In this document: positions 1 through 9,025 of the stretch, piece after piece | Layout of the letters: every line of letters begins with the position of its first letter | Numbering within the stretch: position 1 is the first letter of the stretch | Assembly (NCBI GenBank): GCA_052378035.1 | Contig: JBQSXI010000001.1 | Direction: 5' to 3' (one strand) | From: Pseudoalteromonas sp. AOP31-A2-14 | GTDB lineage: Bacteria > Pseudomonadota > Gammaproteobacteria > Enterobacterales > Alteromonadaceae | DNA length: 40,000 nucleotides | The notes under the pieces: generated by a model | The model's database searches: none | The model's input: only the letters and a program-made list of their open reading frames with translations | What the model was told of the DNA's origin: nothing | Translations under genes and position numbers: made by a program

Positions 1-959
1 ACTCTTCTGTAATTTCAGCAATCACACAGCGCTTTGCTGCTAAACGTGTTGAAGATAACGACGAAAGCGATGCATGGTGGCCAAGACTTCATTCGTTTTC
101 TGTTGGTCTTGAAGGTTCACCGGATTTAGCTGCAGCACAAAAAGTAGCTGATAAGATTGGTACAATTCACCACCCTATCCATTTTACGATTCAAGAAGGT
201 ATAGACGCGCTTAAAGAAGTGATTTACCACATTGAAACTTATGATGTAACAACAATTCGTGCATCAACCCCAATGTATTTAATGGCTCGTCAAATTAAAG
301 CTATGGGTATTAAAATGGTACTATCAGGCGAAGGCGCTGATGAATTATTTGGTGGTTACTTGTATTTTCATAAGGCGCCTAATGCAAAAGAGTTTCATGA
401 AGAACTTAATCGCAAAGTATCAAAACTACATATGTTTGACTGCCTACGCGCCAATAAATCAATGGCGGCTTGGGGAGTTGAAGCACGAGTTCCTTTCTTA
501 GATAAAGAATTTGTTGATACCGCCATGCGTATAAATCCAGAAGCAAAGATGTGTATAGATGAAAAAATCGAAAAACATATATTACGCGAAGGCTTTGAAG
601 GTTACTTACCTGATGAAGTTTTATGGCGCCAAAAAGAGCAGTTTTCTGATGGCGTAGGTTACAGCTGGATAGATACTTTAAAGGAATATGTCGCTGAACA
701 AGTAAGTGACCAAGACTTAGCTAACGCCCACTTCAAGTATCCTATTAATACGCCTGATTCAAAAGAAGCATATTTTTATCGCCGTATTTTTGAATCACAC
801 TTTCCAGGTGATGCCGCGGCTAAATGCGTACCACACGGTAAGTCTGTCGCATGTTCGACTCCTGAAGCGCTAGCTTGGGATGCATCATTTCAAAACAATG
901 CAGATCCTTCAGGCCGTGCCTCAGGTATTCACAACGACGCCTATGCCCAAAAGAAATAA
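1..959 (+). CDS. asnB: Asparagine synthetase B (glutamine-hydrolysing), C-terminal part; the 5' end lies outside the window
   Basis: Frame 3 is open from base 3 (SSVISAITQRFAAKRVEDNDESDAWWPRLHSFSVGLEGSPDL...). It continues into the listed ORF (LSGEGADELFGGYLYFHKAP, WRQKEQFSDGVGYSW), which is typical of the AsnB synthetase domain. Stop at 957-959. Confidence 0.9.
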   Translation, partial: SSVISAITQRFAAKRVEDNDESDAWWPRLHSFSVGLEGSPDLAAAQKVADKIGTIHHPIHFTIQEGIDALKEVIYHIETYDVTTIRASTPMYLMARQIKAMGIKMVLSGEGADELFGGYLYFHKAPNAKEFHEELNRKVSKLHMFDCLRANKSMAAWGVEARVPFLDKEFVDTAMRINPEAKMCIDEKIEKHILREGFEGYLPDEVLWRQKEQFSDGVGYSWIDTLKEYVAEQVSDQDLANAHFKYPINTPDSKEAYFYRRIFESHFPGDAAAKCVPHGKSVACSTPEALAWDASFQNNADPSGRASGIHNDAYAQKK

Positions 960-1017
960 TAAGTATCCTTACTTATTAGCCGGCTCACTGCACAAAGCAA
1001 CCCGCTTTGTGCAGTTT

Positions 1018-1791
1018 GTGGGTATAGAGCGTGTTTTTTATCATACAAAGACACACCAACAAGGTTCATCTGCATTAATTGTTATTTATACACATGGATT
1101 GACTACATTCATGATGCAGAAAATAGCAAAAAAAACAGATCAACCCGCCACTGTTTTTTTAAATAAAGCCGATATATCCAAACCAAAATGTGCAATTAGG
1201 TGGTTTAATCCAAATAAAGAAATTCTTCGCTGCGGTCACGGTACATTAGCGGCGGCCTATTTTTTAAAAAAATACCAAGGGTATTGTCCGGCTGTATTTA
1301 GAAGGGGTAAAGGGATTGTAAGTAATGAAGAGTTTAAGATAATAAGTCAAAATGGCGCATTACAACTTCAACTAGCACCTATCATCAGTAACACTATTAA
1401 CAATATTGAGATATTATCAAAAGCAGTTCCGGTAACTTTAAAGAGGCTTTATCAAACAACTGGCCATGAGGGTTATACAACGGCGTTAATTGATAGTGAA
1501 GTATCCCTAAAAAATTTAAAGGTTAACGTGGAACAGCTGAAGCTCCACCCTTTCGCTTTAATTATTTTACAAAAAACGAAAAACAAACGACATCAGACGC
1601 AATGGAGGTTTAGGTATTTTGCACCTTATTTTGGCGTCAACGAAGATAATGCAACAGGTTCAGCACTGAGTATAATAGCACCTATCATAAAATCACTAAG
1701 CGCCCAAACTCACGCCGTACTAATACAGGAGTCACCGAGCGGTGCTGTTATTAATTATCAATTAAAAAATAATGTCATCAATATCAGTTAA
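1018..1791 (+). CDS. PhzF-family isomerase-like protein (YddE/PhzF superfamily), divergent
   Basis: Motif IRWFNPNKEILRCGHGTLAAAYFL resembles the PhzF family xRxFxPxxExxxCGHaTla core. The listed ORF start (880) overlaps asnB, so I prefer the in-frame GTG at 1018 just after the asnB stop. The start is uncertain. Confidence 0.5.
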   Translation: MGIERVFYHTKTHQQGSSALIVIYTHGLTTFMMQKIAKKTDQPATVFLNKADISKPKCAIRWFNPNKEILRCGHGTLAAAYFLKKYQGYCPAVFRRGKGIVSNEEFKIISQNGALQLQLAPIISNTINNIEILSKAVPVTLKRLYQTTGHEGYTTALIDSEVSLKNLKVNVEQLKLHPFALIILQKTKNKRHQTQWRFRYFAPYFGVNEDNATGSALSIIAPIIKSLSAQTHAVLIQESPSGAVINYQLKNNVINIS

Positions 1792-1868
1792 CCTAGCACT
1801 TTTTATATAGCTATAAAGTACTCCTTTTAATAGCAAATGTGTCAATTTAAAGCTCAACATTATTTAAT

Positions 1869-2270
1869 TTAAACGTATTGAGAGGTTTCTTGGTTTAAAA
1901 GTTCACTTAATACATCAGGTTCAATTTCATCAAATACCCATTGTTGGTTTGGAAACACTGCTATATTAATACTTTCGTTTTTAAAAAGTGGTAACCAGTA
2001 ATCTATAAATTCATGTAACGATAGTTCACATACAGCGTAGTTCTCAATGCTATTTGTGAAAACGTCTGCATAATCGGGATGCGGCCACACAGGAACCGAT
2101 TTCATGCCTTCAGCATTTATACAAAAAAAGAAACCGTCATCATTTTTCACACCCCAGAGTTGTTCCCAATCTGCGACTCGCTCAATAAAATGGCGACTGC
2201 GTTTTTCAGCACTTAAAGATAACACTGCACTGAATTGATGCTCATTCATTTTATATGGCATAAAAACCAA
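1869..2270 (-). CDS. DUF2750-like small cytoplasmic protein
   Basis: 133 aa. The pattern SAEKRSRHFIERVADWEQLWGV...VPVWPHPDYA resembles my recollection of the DUF2750 family. No database search was possible. Confidence 0.55.
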   Translation of the reverse strand: MVFMPYKMNEHQFSAVLSLSAEKRSRHFIERVADWEQLWGVKNDDGFFFCINAEGMKSVPVWPHPDYADVFTNSIENYAVCELSLHEFIDYWLPLFKNESINIAVFPNQQWVFDEIEPDVLSELLNQETSQYV

Positions 2271-2308
2271 ACGCTCACTATATAAATTAATACAACAAAT
2301 TGTAAATT

Positions 2309-2716
2309 TTATTCTATTACTGTTGGATGAAAAAAGGTTTCTGCTTCAGAAATCAAATGCTCTAATTGTCCAGACTCTATAATAAGTGAAACTTGGGTAC
2401 TCCAAAAAGGCTCCCACGTCCCTGTACATAGTTTTGCTGTTAAAGTTATATGGCCTGTTTTGTCAGAAGTTGCGAAAAGCTGAAACTCCCCTTCGAGGGC
2501 ACTCCAGGATTTTTCACCTTCCCAGCCATTTCTATTTTGAAATAACTGATTGAAAAAATCTATCGGACTTTCACCGTATACATGATTAGTAACACGAATA
2601 TTAGCACTTAATTCGTTCCCGATTAAGGATACACAATAAAAATCAACCCAGCCTTGGGAATTAACTTCTGGTGAATGTAATTCTATTGATATATTTTCTG
2701 TTGAGGTTATTTTCAT
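2309..2716 (-). CDS. Hypothetical protein (135 aa, no recognised domain)
   Basis: Clean ORF 38 bp upstream of the DUF2750-like gene on the same strand, in an AT-rich setting. Confidence 0.45.
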   Translation of the reverse strand: MKITSTENISIELHSPEVNSQGWVDFYCVSLIGNELSANIRVTNHVYGESPIDFFNQLFQNRNGWEGEKSWSALEGEFQLFATSDKTGHITLTAKLCTGTWEPFWSTQVSLIIESGQLEHLISEAETFFHPTVIE

Positions 2717-2767
2717 TTGTATTGCTATAGTTTCCTATTGTAATTAGTAATTTAACTTACAATCTAA

Positions 2768-3247
2768 TTAGGTTAATTCAGCAGGACCAACTTTTTCGCT
2801 CATTAAAGCTATAAAATCGTCATGCTCTGTTACAGCTCGTTTAGGTATTATATGAAAAAACTGATTGCTAATATAAATTAAGTAAAGATCTGGAGTATTA
2901 GCCCATTTATGAATCTCTTCCCATGTAAACTTACTGATTGTTTGGGAGTTCTTATGGGTAACATACTCAGGAGTTAATTCAACTTCAGTATAACTTGCTA
3001 TCGCCTTATTTTGCGTAAAATGCTTTTTACTAATATAAGGCATGAGCCAAAGCTGGGCACCTAAGAAGCCTAAAAAGCCAAATACCAACGGTGTGAAAAA
3101 CAATAAATACATGCCTGTTAGTAAACCCGCAACGAAAAAAATGCTTCCCATAGTTAGATAGATAGGTAGTAAAATTTTATTGTTTTTAACGCTTATTTTG
3201 ACCGCTTGGTGAAACTCGGATTCTTTTAATGTATATTCAATTTTCAA
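2768..3247 (-). CDS. YcxB-like membrane protein (two TM helices plus a C-terminal YcxB-type domain)
   Basis: The hydrophobic pair LLPIYLTMGSIFFVAGLLTGMYLLFFTPLVFGFLGFLGAQLWL is followed by WEEIHKWANTPDLYLIYISNQFFHIIPKRA, typical of the YcxB family. Confidence 0.5.
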   Translation of the reverse strand: MKIEYTLKESEFHQAVKISVKNNKILLPIYLTMGSIFFVAGLLTGMYLLFFTPLVFGFLGFLGAQLWLMPYISKKHFTQNKAIASYTEVELTPEYVTHKNSQTISKFTWEEIHKWANTPDLYLIYISNQFFHIIPKRAVTEHDDFIALMSEKVGPAELT

Positions 3248-3567
3248 ACTTTAACCCTTTTTATGATTTATTTAATGTGCAAGTTTTATGAACCAAATGG
3301 TTTAGTGAGTTATTGATAAACACTTCTAACATTAATTTACCGAACGTACGCCCCATAGGTTTGACTATTTCATACAGGCTTTTGTTAATTATATAAATTT
3401 CCAACTTAGTCTAAACTGAATAGCTTACTGTTTACATAACCTTGGTAATCATACATGCTGTTCTTATAAAGCGCTGTCATTCATGTTTCATATTATATTG
3501 TGCCCTAATGGCTGTTTATGTTTGATAACACAGCAATCGTAAACTAAACCGTAAAGAGGCTTAATCA

Positions 3568-3972
3568 TTGAGTAAAGTACAACAAAGAATCGACTCTGCA
3601 ATTGCTAATTATTCTGTCGCTTTGATGAATAATACTAAATGGAAGCATGTTTTCAAAAAGCTAACAGAGTTTCAAATGATATTTCAAATAGCTTTTGTAC
3701 GTGAGCATAAGTACGGATCATTACAAAAGATTCATACGTTAGATGTTATTGATGACCACTTAGCAGATGGGTGTGTATGCGGGGGACCTACGTACTTTAA
3801 GGAAATATATGCAGTGAAAATAATACGCTTTAACAAAAGCCAAAATGCTGCAACGGGAAGGTACGAGAATACAACAACATCAAGCAATGCATTTTTAGAT
3901 AGCCTGCAAGCATTTGGTAGGTTCCCGATAGAAATAACCGAGGAAAATATTTATATACACGGGTATCAATAA
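3568..3972 (+). CDS. Hypothetical protein (134 aa, TTG start)
   Basis: ORF only, with a non-ATG start and no recognisable motif. Confidence 0.3.
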   Translation: MSKVQQRIDSAIANYSVALMNNTKWKHVFKKLTEFQMIFQIAFVREHKYGSLQKIHTLDVIDDHLADGCVCGGPTYFKEIYAVKIIRFNKSQNAATGRYENTTTSSNAFLDSLQAFGRFPIEITEENIYIHGYQ

Positions 3973-4049
3973 GGTAACTACCGCTTGGTGAATTAAACAC
4001 TCAGCTACAACAAACTATAACTGACTACGATTAGCTAAGCTTAATAGAC

Positions 4050-5027
4050 TCAAATTGGCCTTAATAGGCATAAGGCAAAGTAGTTCTTATCATCTTGCCA
4101 GGTATTCTCTAATGACAAATTGGCTTGTTTGGCTAAGTTATTAAATGATTCGAGTGTGTACTTGTGCGAATTTTCAGTGTGTATACTCTCTCCTTTTTCA
4201 AACCTAACTGATTGACCATCAATAGTAACTGTTTGTGCGATATCACTGACTAAATGCATTTCTATACGACTATGTTGCTCATTAAAGCGCGATTCATGGC
4301 TAAAATGCTCGAGCATGAAAGTACCACCTAATTCATTATTAATACGCTGCAATAAATTTTTGTTAAATGCAGCAGTAATCCCCGCTTTATCGTCATAGGC
4401 ATCAAGAAGCACTTGCCTTTGTTTAACCAAATCAATTCCGACCAATACATAGCCGCCTACACCACACAATCGGTTAAAGTTTTTTAAGATCTCGATTGCT
4501 TTTACTGGTGAGAAGTTGCCAATAGTAGAACCTGGAAAGTACACTAAGTTGGTCTGATTATCTAATGCATGCTCTACTGATAACTGTTTTACCATGTGAC
4601 TGTCAGTAAAATCACCAAGCAATGGGCTGATTGCCAATGTTGGAAATAACGGGCCTAAATGTGCAAGAGAATAGTTCAACATTTCTGCAGATATTTCAAA
4701 AGGTACAAAATTTTTAACGGCTTTTAAATGTGCCAGTAAATAAGCAATTTTTTTGCCTGAGCCACAGCCTGGCTCTATTATTGATAAATTATCTGGCAAT
4801 AACTGTGCAATAGCTTGGCTATGCTTAGTTAAAATTGAAAGTTCTGCTCGGGTTACATAATATTCATTTAATTCAGTTATTTGTTCAAAAAGAGCAGCGC
4901 CCGCATCATCGTAAAAGTATTTACATGGTAAGTTTTTTTGCTGTTGTACAAGTCCTGTAGTTACATCATTTAAAAAATCATTATCAATCATCTCAGTTAA
5001 CTTAAAGTCACCTTGAATTTGGTTCAT
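4050..5027 (-). CDS. egtD: L-histidine N-alpha-methyltransferase (ergothioneine biosynthesis, EgtD)
   Basis: N-terminal KYFYDDAGAALFEQITELNEYYVTRAE and the SAM-binding IIEPGCGSGKK are characteristic of EgtD. It overlaps egtB by 4 bp, which suggests translational coupling. Confidence 0.85.
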   Translation of the reverse strand: MNQIQGDFKLTEMIDNDFLNDVTTGLVQQQKNLPCKYFYDDAGAALFEQITELNEYYVTRAELSILTKHSQAIAQLLPDNLSIIEPGCGSGKKIAYLLAHLKAVKNFVPFEISAEMLNYSLAHLGPLFPTLAISPLLGDFTDSHMVKQLSVEHALDNQTNLVYFPGSTIGNFSPVKAIEILKNFNRLCGVGGYVLVGIDLVKQRQVLLDAYDDKAGITAAFNKNLLQRINNELGGTFMLEHFSHESRFNEQHSRIEMHLVSDIAQTVTIDGQSVRFEKGESIHTENSHKYTLESFNNLAKQANLSLENTWQDDKNYFALCLLRPI

Positions 5028-6244
5028 AATTTATCCTTAGCGAGTCTAATTCCGCTTTGCATCCATGCTTGATGTGCATAGTAAAAGTTACGATAGCTAA
5101 CACGTAAGTGTTTATCTGGAGTTAGTGCGCAACCACCACGTAGTACCATTTGGTTACTCATAAACTTTCCGTTGTACTCACCAGCAACACCAGCAATAGG
5201 TTGAAATCCGGGATAGGGTAAATAACTACTGTTTGTCCATTGCCAACAGCAATCATCCAACTGAGAAAATAAAGCACGCTCAGGCGAACTCGCCGCTCGC
5301 TCCCACTCAAACTCAGTAGGCAGACGAGCATCGGCAAAGGCCGCATAAGCACTGGCTTCATAAAAAGAAACATGTGAAACAGGGGCATTTAAATCAAGTT
5401 TTTTTAAGCCATGTAAAGTAAACTCAAACCAACACCCTTCTATTAAATGCCAATAAAGCGGTGCTTTAGTATCGAGTGTATTAATATGTGCCCACCCATC
5501 ACTTAGCCAATACTCTGGATTCTGATAGCCTTTCGCTTCTATAAAGGCTAAGTATTCACCATTTGTTACCAGCCTATTAGCTAAACTAAAGTCATGGCTC
5601 AATACTTGGTGGCAAGGTCTCTCATTGTCATAACTAAAGCCTTCACTCATCGCTCCAATATTAATTATAGATTGGTCAAAGTCGTAAAATACCATTGCAG
5701 ATGATGAAGTGTGTTTACTGGGTTTATCGTCATTTTTGCGGTAGCTTGGAAAAATAGGGTTAACTGAAAAGTTATACTTTATATCCATTAACATTAATTC
5801 TTGGTGCTGCTGCTCATGATTAATGCCCAACTCAACTATTTCAAAGTGCTCATGATTAACTGTTGCACTTAAAAGTGTGGTTACTTGGTTATCTATATAT
5901 TCACGATAACTTAGGATATCAGTCAAGCTCGGTCTTGATAAGCAGCCCCGCTGGGCACGACTAAATTGCGAACCAATGCCGTTATAATAAGAATTAAATA
6001 ACACGGTGTAATATTTATTAAACTCAGTGTAATTGGCCATGTGGGCCTTGAGTAAAAACGTTTCAAAAAACCAACTTGTATGGGCTAAGTGCCACTTGCT
6101 AGGACTTACATCTGCCATTGCCTGTAATTGGCAATCCTCTGTTGATAAATCACTTATAATGCTTCGTGTTACTTGTCGCGTTTGTTTAAAACGTAAAATA
6201 AGTGACTCGTTGAGTGTCGATGCAGTTATCCTTTGATCTATCAT
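5024..6244 (-). CDS. egtB: Hercynine oxygenase / sulfoxide synthase EgtB (DinB_2 plus FGE-sulfatase domains)
   Basis: DinB-type SPSKWHLAHTSWFFETF and HEQQHQELM are combined with a C-terminal FGE-like GNVW-type region (WQWTNSSYLPYPGF...RGGCALT...RVSYRNF). Length is 406 aa. Confidence 0.85.
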   Translation of the reverse strand: MIDQRITASTLNESLILRFKQTRQVTRSIISDLSTEDCQLQAMADVSPSKWHLAHTSWFFETFLLKAHMANYTEFNKYYTVLFNSYYNGIGSQFSRAQRGCLSRPSLTDILSYREYIDNQVTTLLSATVNHEHFEIVELGINHEQQHQELMLMDIKYNFSVNPIFPSYRKNDDKPSKHTSSSAMVFYDFDQSIINIGAMSEGFSYDNERPCHQVLSHDFSLANRLVTNGEYLAFIEAKGYQNPEYWLSDGWAHINTLDTKAPLYWHLIEGCWFEFTLHGLKKLDLNAPVSHVSFYEASAYAAFADARLPTEFEWERAASSPERALFSQLDDCCWQWTNSSYLPYPGFQPIAGVAGEYNGKFMSNQMVLRGGCALTPDKHLRVSYRNFYYAHQAWMQSGIRLAKDKL

Positions 6245-6624
6245 TTTATTATTCTGCCTTTATCCTTGCCTAACTAGAAATAAAATAGGCCTCTATTCTT
6301 TTAAATCATATTTAGATGACACCCAGATTAATTGTTTATGCAAAATAGAGCTACCCCATTTATCATAAAAATTATTTATCACTAATTTAGTATAGTAGTA
6401 AATAGCTAACAGCTCATTATTTTTTATGAATATTACCTATTATTCAGATATTTAGCAGTGCTACTGTTTACATTTGTAATATACCACCTAAACTAATGGG
6501 GCACTTTCAAAATAATTTACCCAATTTTGGTATTATTTTTAAACGACATAACTAGTTTTGACTATATTAGAGTCCTATCAGCTGATCTAGCATCAAAATA
6601 GATAGCAACAACAAGAGGTATTAC

Positions 6625-8202
6625 ATGAGCGAAAACCATGATAAATACAGTATAGACAATACGGACTATACCGTAGGTCAAGATAATGTGAAAAAGTGGG
6701 GGTTTGATGTTCATAATCCCGTTTTTGGGTTCAGTGCGGGCTTAATTATCATTTTTTTACTCGCTGTCTTAATAACTGATGCTGAAACAGCGAAAGCCAC
6801 CCTTGATGGTATCAAAAAAGATATAATTAATAATTTCGATGGCCTTTTTATGTGGGCTGCGAATTTCTTTGTATTATTTTGTATTGGCTTAATTGTTTCT
6901 CCTTACGGGAAAATTCGTTTAGGTGGTGATGAAGCACGCCCTACCTACACTAGATTGTCTTGGATGGCAATGTTATTTGCTGCAGGTATGGGTATTGGTT
7001 TAATGTTTTGGGGGGTCGCAGAGCCGCTAGCTTATTATACTGGGTGGTTCGAAACGCCACTGAATGTTGCAGCTAATACACCTGAAGCTGCAAAACTTGC
7101 CATGGGAGCAACCATGTTTCATTGGGGTTTACACCCATGGGCAATATACGCAGTAGTGGCCTTATCATTAGCCTTTTTCACATATAATAAAGGATTACCA
7201 CTTTCAATTCGTTCTATTTTCTTTCCTATCCTAGGTGATAGAGTGTGGGGTTGGCCAGGACATATAATTGATATCTTAGCGGTACTTGCAACCCTATTTG
7301 GTCTTGCAACATCCCTAGGATTAGGTGCACAACAAGCCTCTGCTGGTATTAACCATGTATTTGGTACAGATGGTGGCATCGGCTTAGAAATAATTGTCAT
7401 CGCGGCAGTGACACTACTCGCTGTATTTTCAGTTATTCGTGGTATTGATGGTGGCGTTAAATTATTAAGTAACGTTAATATGGGCCTAGCATTTGTATTA
7501 TTACTATTTGTTTGTCTAGTAGGTTTTGCTGTTGCAGTGGGCAATCTTCCAAATACTATAATGGGCTATGTTGAAAATATTATTCCTCTTAGTAACCCTC
7601 ACGGACGTGAAGATGAAGGCTGGATGCATGGCTGGACTGTAGCTTACTGGGCATGGTGGATTTCGTGGTCACCGTTTGTAGGTATGTTCATTGCTCGCGT
7701 ATCTAGAGGACGTACTATTCGTGAGTTTTTAATTGCAGTATTACTTATCCCAACTCTAGTCACTGTGGTGTGGATGTCTATTTACGGTGGCATTGCGATT
7801 GATCAAGTTAAAGAAGGTATTGGCGAATTGGGTCAAAACGGTTTAACCGAGGTACCTCTGGCTATGTTCCAAATGTTTGACGTATTGCCGATGTCGCAAG
7901 TACTGTCATTTATTGCAATTGTATTAGTGTTAGTGTTCTTTATCACCTCATCTGATTCTGGGTCGTTGGTTATTGATTCTATCACCGCTGGTGGTAAAGT
8001 TGATGCGCCTGTACCTCAACGTATCTTTTGGGCCACCATTGAGGGCGTAATTGCTGCTGCACTCGTTTGGATTGGCGGCACTGAAGCTATTGAAGCATTA
8101 CAAGCTGGTGCGGTGTCAACAGGCTTACCATTTACTATCGTACTTTTATTAATGTGTGTTAGTTTATTGCTAGGCCTTCGCACAGAGCCTCGCCCTAAAT
8201 AA
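6625..8202 (+). CDS. BCCT-family (betaine/carnitine/choline type) transporter
   Basis: 525 aa polytopic protein with the BCCT signature WTVAYWAWWISWSPFVGMFIARVSRGRTIREF. RBS AAGAGG lies upstream of the ATG. Confidence 0.9.
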   Translation: MSENHDKYSIDNTDYTVGQDNVKKWGFDVHNPVFGFSAGLIIIFLLAVLITDAETAKATLDGIKKDIINNFDGLFMWAANFFVLFCIGLIVSPYGKIRLGGDEARPTYTRLSWMAMLFAAGMGIGLMFWGVAEPLAYYTGWFETPLNVAANTPEAAKLAMGATMFHWGLHPWAIYAVVALSLAFFTYNKGLPLSIRSIFFPILGDRVWGWPGHIIDILAVLATLFGLATSLGLGAQQASAGINHVFGTDGGIGLEIIVIAAVTLLAVFSVIRGIDGGVKLLSNVNMGLAFVLLLFVCLVGFAVAVGNLPNTIMGYVENIIPLSNPHGREDEGWMHGWTVAYWAWWISWSPFVGMFIARVSRGRTIREFLIAVLLIPTLVTVVWMSIYGGIAIDQVKEGIGELGQNGLTEVPLAMFQMFDVLPMSQVLSFIAIVLVLVFFITSSDSGSLVIDSITAGGKVDAPVPQRIFWATIEGVIAAALVWIGGTEAIEALQAGAVSTGLPFTIVLLLMCVSLLLGLRTEPRPK

Positions 8203-8227
8203 GTGATTTAACAAATTAGTAAACAAC

Positions 8228-8256
8228 AAAACGCCGCATTTTTGCGGCGTTTTTTA
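8228..8256. terminator. Rho-independent terminator between the convergent BCCT and exonuclease genes (bidirectional)
   Basis: Stem ACGCCGCA (8231-8238), loop TTTT, stem TGCGGCGT (8243-8250). It is flanked by an A-run and a T-run. Confidence 0.75.
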
Positions 8257-8320
8257 TTGGTATAAATTTATTAATATGAATATGCAGTTTGAAATGTTGC
8301 GATATAAATACGCCTCTATA

Positions 8321-9025
8321 TCAAACCCAAAGAGCTGATAGCGGTGTGTCAGGCCGATAATGGTGACATAACTGTGCTTGCAATAACTCTGCGGTTGCCA
8401 ACGCGTCTGTTAACGCATTATGGCTATTATATGCTGGTAATGAATAGCGCGCACGTGTATCACCTAAGCGTAACGAATCGAGCTTAGTATTAAATATCTT
8501 CCCTAATAAGCCTTGTCGTGCTTGTAAAGCGCGCTTTTCAATTTCCATCGTGTCTATAACGGCAAACTCAATACCCTCTCCTAGTCTTGCTAATAAGGCT
8601 TTATTTAAAAAATGCCGCTCAATTGCACCAAAATGTACTACTATAATTTTACCGGTTAACGCTGCTAATAACTGATTTAAAATAACACTTAAATCGGGTG
8701 CATCATTAACCTCTGAATGAGTTATACCATGTATAACAATCGACTTTTCTTTTAAGTCTTGTCGTGGCTGTACTAACCAATGCGCACTTTCTCGGCAATA
8801 AATACGTGCAAGCGTAAACGGCACTAACCCAACGCTTACAATATCATCACTTTTGAAGTTTAGACCGGTCGTCTCAAAATCTAACGCCACCATAGGGACT
8901 TCATTAATAGCTAAGTTGCCATCACTTATGCTGTGCTTATAAAAGCTTTGTAACTGTTGATCACAAGCGCTTGCAAATAATTGCTTATAGCGACTATGCC
9001 AGTTTACTTTTTGCTTATTTACCAT
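8321..9025 (-). CDS. DnaQ/DEDD-family 3'-5' exonuclease (Pol III epsilon-like, stand-alone)
   Basis: Exo I VALDFETTGL, Exo II VVHFGAIE and Exo III HNALTDALATAELL motifs. Confidence 0.8.
   Translation of the reverse strand: MVNKQKVNWHSRYKQLFASACDQQLQSFYKHSISDGNLAINEVPMVALDFETTGLNFKSDDIVSVGLVPFTLARIYCRESAHWLVQPRQDLKEKSIVIHGITHSEVNDAPDLSVILNQLLAALTGKIIVVHFGAIERHFLNKALLARLGEGIEFAVIDTMEIEKRALQARQGLLGKIFNTKLDSLRLGDTRARYSLPAYNSHNALTDALATAELLQAQLCHHYRPDTPLSALWV

Noticed and set aside
880-1017. Long N-terminal extension of the PhzF-like ORF overlapping the asnB 3' end
   Set aside because: The extension is out of frame with, and inside, the well-supported asnB coding region. The family core begins after the asnB stop, and the GTG at 1018 is the first plausible start.
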